Shown piece after piece: positions 62,285-64,000 of a stretch of DNA of 64,000 nucleotides. The stretch comes from an uncultured virus (IMG/VR IMGVR_UViG_3300047157_000144) (lineage: Duplodnaviria; Heunggongvirae; Uroviricota; Caudoviricetes), in the IMG/VR virus record IMGVR_UViG_3300047157_000144; one strand, given 5' to 3'. The notes under the pieces are model-generated. The model did no database searches. It saw only the letters and a program-made list of their open reading frames with translations, and was not told where the DNA came from. How positions within the stretch are numbered: the stretch's first letter is position 1; each line of letters begins with the position of its first letter. The position numbers were made by a program, and so were the translations under genes.

Positions 62285-62332
62285 AACGCGTGGCGGGAGT
62301 CGAACCCGCACCTTAGTACCGTAGCACGCGCT
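62285..62332 (-). ncRNA. tRNA-like minihelix (acceptor stem + T arm only)
   Basis: GCGCGTG-CTACGGTACTAAGGT-GCGGG-TTCGACT-CCCGC-CACGCGT. Confidence 0.6.
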
Positions 62333-62355
62333 GTTGTTCATGAACCGAACTTTAA

Positions 62356-62580
62356 TTAATCAACATAGTCAAAGTCAAATTCTTGTTTGTAATAAAGATT
62401 ATTTATTTTTACAAAGTTTGGTAAGAATGAAGTTGTATGAAATTTATTAGATAAGTTAAGTAATTTTTGAGTTTTATTATTTAATTTAGTAAGAATTTCA
62501 AGTTGAATTATTTGTTTATTTTTTGATAAAGTTGAAATTGTATAAGTTTGTTTTGATTTATTATATTTAATTTTTTGCAT
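62356..62580 (-). CDS. hypothetical early protein (first gene of the minus-strand arm)
   Basis: 74-aa ORF after the most upstream motif. Confidence 0.5.
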   Translation of the reverse strand: MQKIKYNKSKQTYTISTLSKNKQIIQLEILTKLNNKTQKLLNLSNKFHTTSFLPNFVKINNLYYKQEFDFDYVD

Positions 62581-62606
62581 TGTAATTATTTTTAAAGTTC
62601 ATATAT

Positions 62607-62637
62607 ATTATCTAAATGACATCGTATTAAAGACGTA
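62607..62637 (-). promoter_or_regulatory. 31-bp phage motif copy with 5' TGCTA extension
   Basis: TGCTA TACGT CTTTAA TACGA TGTCATTTA GATAAT. Confidence 0.75.
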
Positions 62638-62820
62638 TAGCAAATAGGATCCGGGGTTATTTGGAGAGCGTTGAGCTGGTGTTGCTCCGCTCCCACGGTC
62701 CCCGTCCCGACCCTACTCGTCCGACCCGTACAAGTGGTCATCACCGTAAGTCATGTCAATCAGTGCATCAATATCGTGTTCTTCCATAGTATAGTATTAG
62801 TGTTATACGGTAATATTATC

Positions 62821-63028
62821 ACGACCAGACCGTGCACCACGGCGTACAGACCAGACCAGACCCACGATCACACGAAGCCAGCAACGGCAATGCACCGGAG
62901 ACACACAACACACAGCAACACACGACCAGGACCAGACACACGACAGCGTGAAACACGCAACACACAGCAGCAACACCAAACAAACACAGTAACACACGGC
63001 ACTAACACACACAGCAAAAGGCAAAACA
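62821..63028. repeat. A/C-rich, nearly T-free low-complexity tract with GACCA/GACAC/ACAC repeats
   Basis: 7 T in 208 nt on the plus strand (hand count). Confidence 0.8.
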
Positions 63029-63138
63029 TCTGGGCAAAACCAGGGTAAACAGGGCCCCGTAGGGGTAAAAAAAGTCGTTCCGGTATGAGGCGGTGTCACG
63101 TAAAATGTATATATAACATTTCAGTTCTATACATCTTA

Positions 63139-63185
63139 TACGACATTAGCTTATATAATATATTAAATAGGAATCTATTGTCATA
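63139..63185. repeat. palindromic site B (TACGACATTAG-N25-CTATTGTCATA)
   Basis: Matches site A at 60462-60509. Confidence 0.6.
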
Positions 63186-63219
63186 TTAAAAAAAAATTTT
63201 ACGGCGTAATTAATATATT

Positions 63220-63450
63220 ATGAAACAGAAACTTAGTAAGAAGGCCTTGCTCGCTAAACGCAAGAGAGATCTAGCTTATGCTCTAACTCCTAGAAGAAGA
63301 AAAATGAAAGCGGAGAACCAAAGAAAGAGGAGAGCAGCGATTAAAGCAGGTAAGAATATTAAGGGTAAAGATTACGATCATAACACTAAACGTTTCATAT
63401 CTGTAAAAAAGAACAGATCAAAAACAAAGACGACAAACAACACGATGTAA
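63220..63450 (+). CDS. small basic protein (KDYDH motif, possibly a degenerate HNH)
   Basis: 76 aa, K/R rich; first gene of the plus-strand arm. Confidence 0.55.
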   Translation: MKQKLSKKALLAKRKRDLAYALTPRRRKMKAENQRKRRAAIKAGKNIKGKDYDHNTKRFISVKKNRSKTKTTNNTM

Positions 63451-63480
63451 GTCTTTATAGTAATATATAAATTTAATTAA

Positions 63481-64000
63481 ATGGAATTCAATAACCCAAG
63501 TGAGATAGTAAAGAACCTGTCATTCGGAACGGATGCAAGGGAAAAAATAATGAAAGGTGTCCTCAAACTGACGGATGCTGTAGAATCAACTTTAGGTGCA
63601 TCGGGAAAATGTGTCATATATGAAGATGCGTTAGGTAAACCTGTAATCACCAAAGATGGTGTAACTGTTGCAAACTCTGTTGTACTATTAGATCCCGTGG
63701 AAAACATAGGGGCTACGCTTATTAAAGAAGCAGCACAGAAAACAGTAAAAGAAGCTGGAGATGGAACCACTACCTCGACTGTCCTAGCTTCAGCCATCTT
63801 AAAAGAATGTGACAAGCATGCTGATGTAGATTTAAGATACATTAAACAAGGTATAGCGAAGTCAAAGAGTAAGATACTAGACTATTTAGAGAAAATAAAA
63901 ATAGAGGTATCAGATGAAATGTTAAACAGCGTCGCAGCGATCTCTGCAAATAACGACACCGATCTTGGAGATATAATAGCTGACGCTTATAAAAAAGTCG
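63481..64000 (+). CDS. groEL: GroEL chaperonin, N-terminal part (runs off the window)
   Basis: Manual translation ...LTDAVESTLGASGKCVI...PVITKDGVTVA...ENIGATLIKEAAQKT..EAGDGTTTSTVLA...VAAISANND..LG.IIADA. Confidence 0.95.
   Translation, partial: MEFNNPSEIVKNLSFGTDAREKIMKGVLKLTDAVESTLGASGKCVIYEDALGKPVITKDGVTVANSVVLLDPVENIGATLIKEAAQKTVKEAGDGTTTSTVLASAILKECDKHADVDLRYIKQGIAKSKSKILDYLEKIKIEVSDEMLNSVAAISANNDTDLGDIIADAYKKV

Noticed and set aside
62285..62332. attP remnant or tmRNA end
   Set aside because: There is no integrase. Both acceptor strands are present close together, and the tmRNA GGGG start/CCA end and tag ORF are absent.
62671..63099. ORFs 62671-63048 (+) and 62803-63099 (-)
   Set aside because: They are by-products of the T-free low-complexity tract (no stops; H/T/Q or V/C-rich translations), and their composition is unlike real genes here.
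63477..63842. 121-aa minus-strand ORF
   Set aside because: It is the antisense shadow of groEL.

Overview
The window is almost the whole genome of an AT-rich tailed phage, probably a podovirus of marine Bacteroidota (Flavobacteriia). The host inference rests on A-rich start contexts without Shine-Dalgarno sequences and a crAss-like order of structural genes. It opens in the 3' end of groES and ends in the 5' part of groEL, so it looks circularly permuted with only about 1-1.5 kb missing. The plus strand (63.2 kb, wrapping to 1-44.2 kb) carries chaperonins, small basic proteins, a holin, a tail-fibre block, terminase, portal, scaffold, capsid, tail and ejection proteins and an M15 endolysin. 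The minus strand (62.6-44.2 kb) carries small early genes, tRNA-fMet, a DenV-like glycosylase, a sigma-70-family factor, ERF/exonuclease/SSB, a T7 gp4/Twinkle-like primase-helicase, nucleotide metabolism genes and class Ia RNR. No DNA polymerase, integrase or RT is visible. Many genes at 18.8-27.2 kb, plus a few elsewhere, are broken by 1-nt indels that look like sequencing errors. The top lead is a ThyA homologue with Asp in place of the dUMP-specifying Asn (PFN to PYD), next to two NTP-pyrophosphatase-like genes and an endonuclease, which suggests a cytosine-modification (5mC/5hmC) pathway. Other leads are a 174-codon ORF overprinted in terL, nine copies of a 31-bp promoter/cassette motif, a 46-nt tRNA minihelix, two unassigned structured RNAs between a KTSC gene and tRNA-fMet, and paired palindromic sites with a T-free, primase-site-rich tract. 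All protein calls come from motif recognition by eye, not from database searches.
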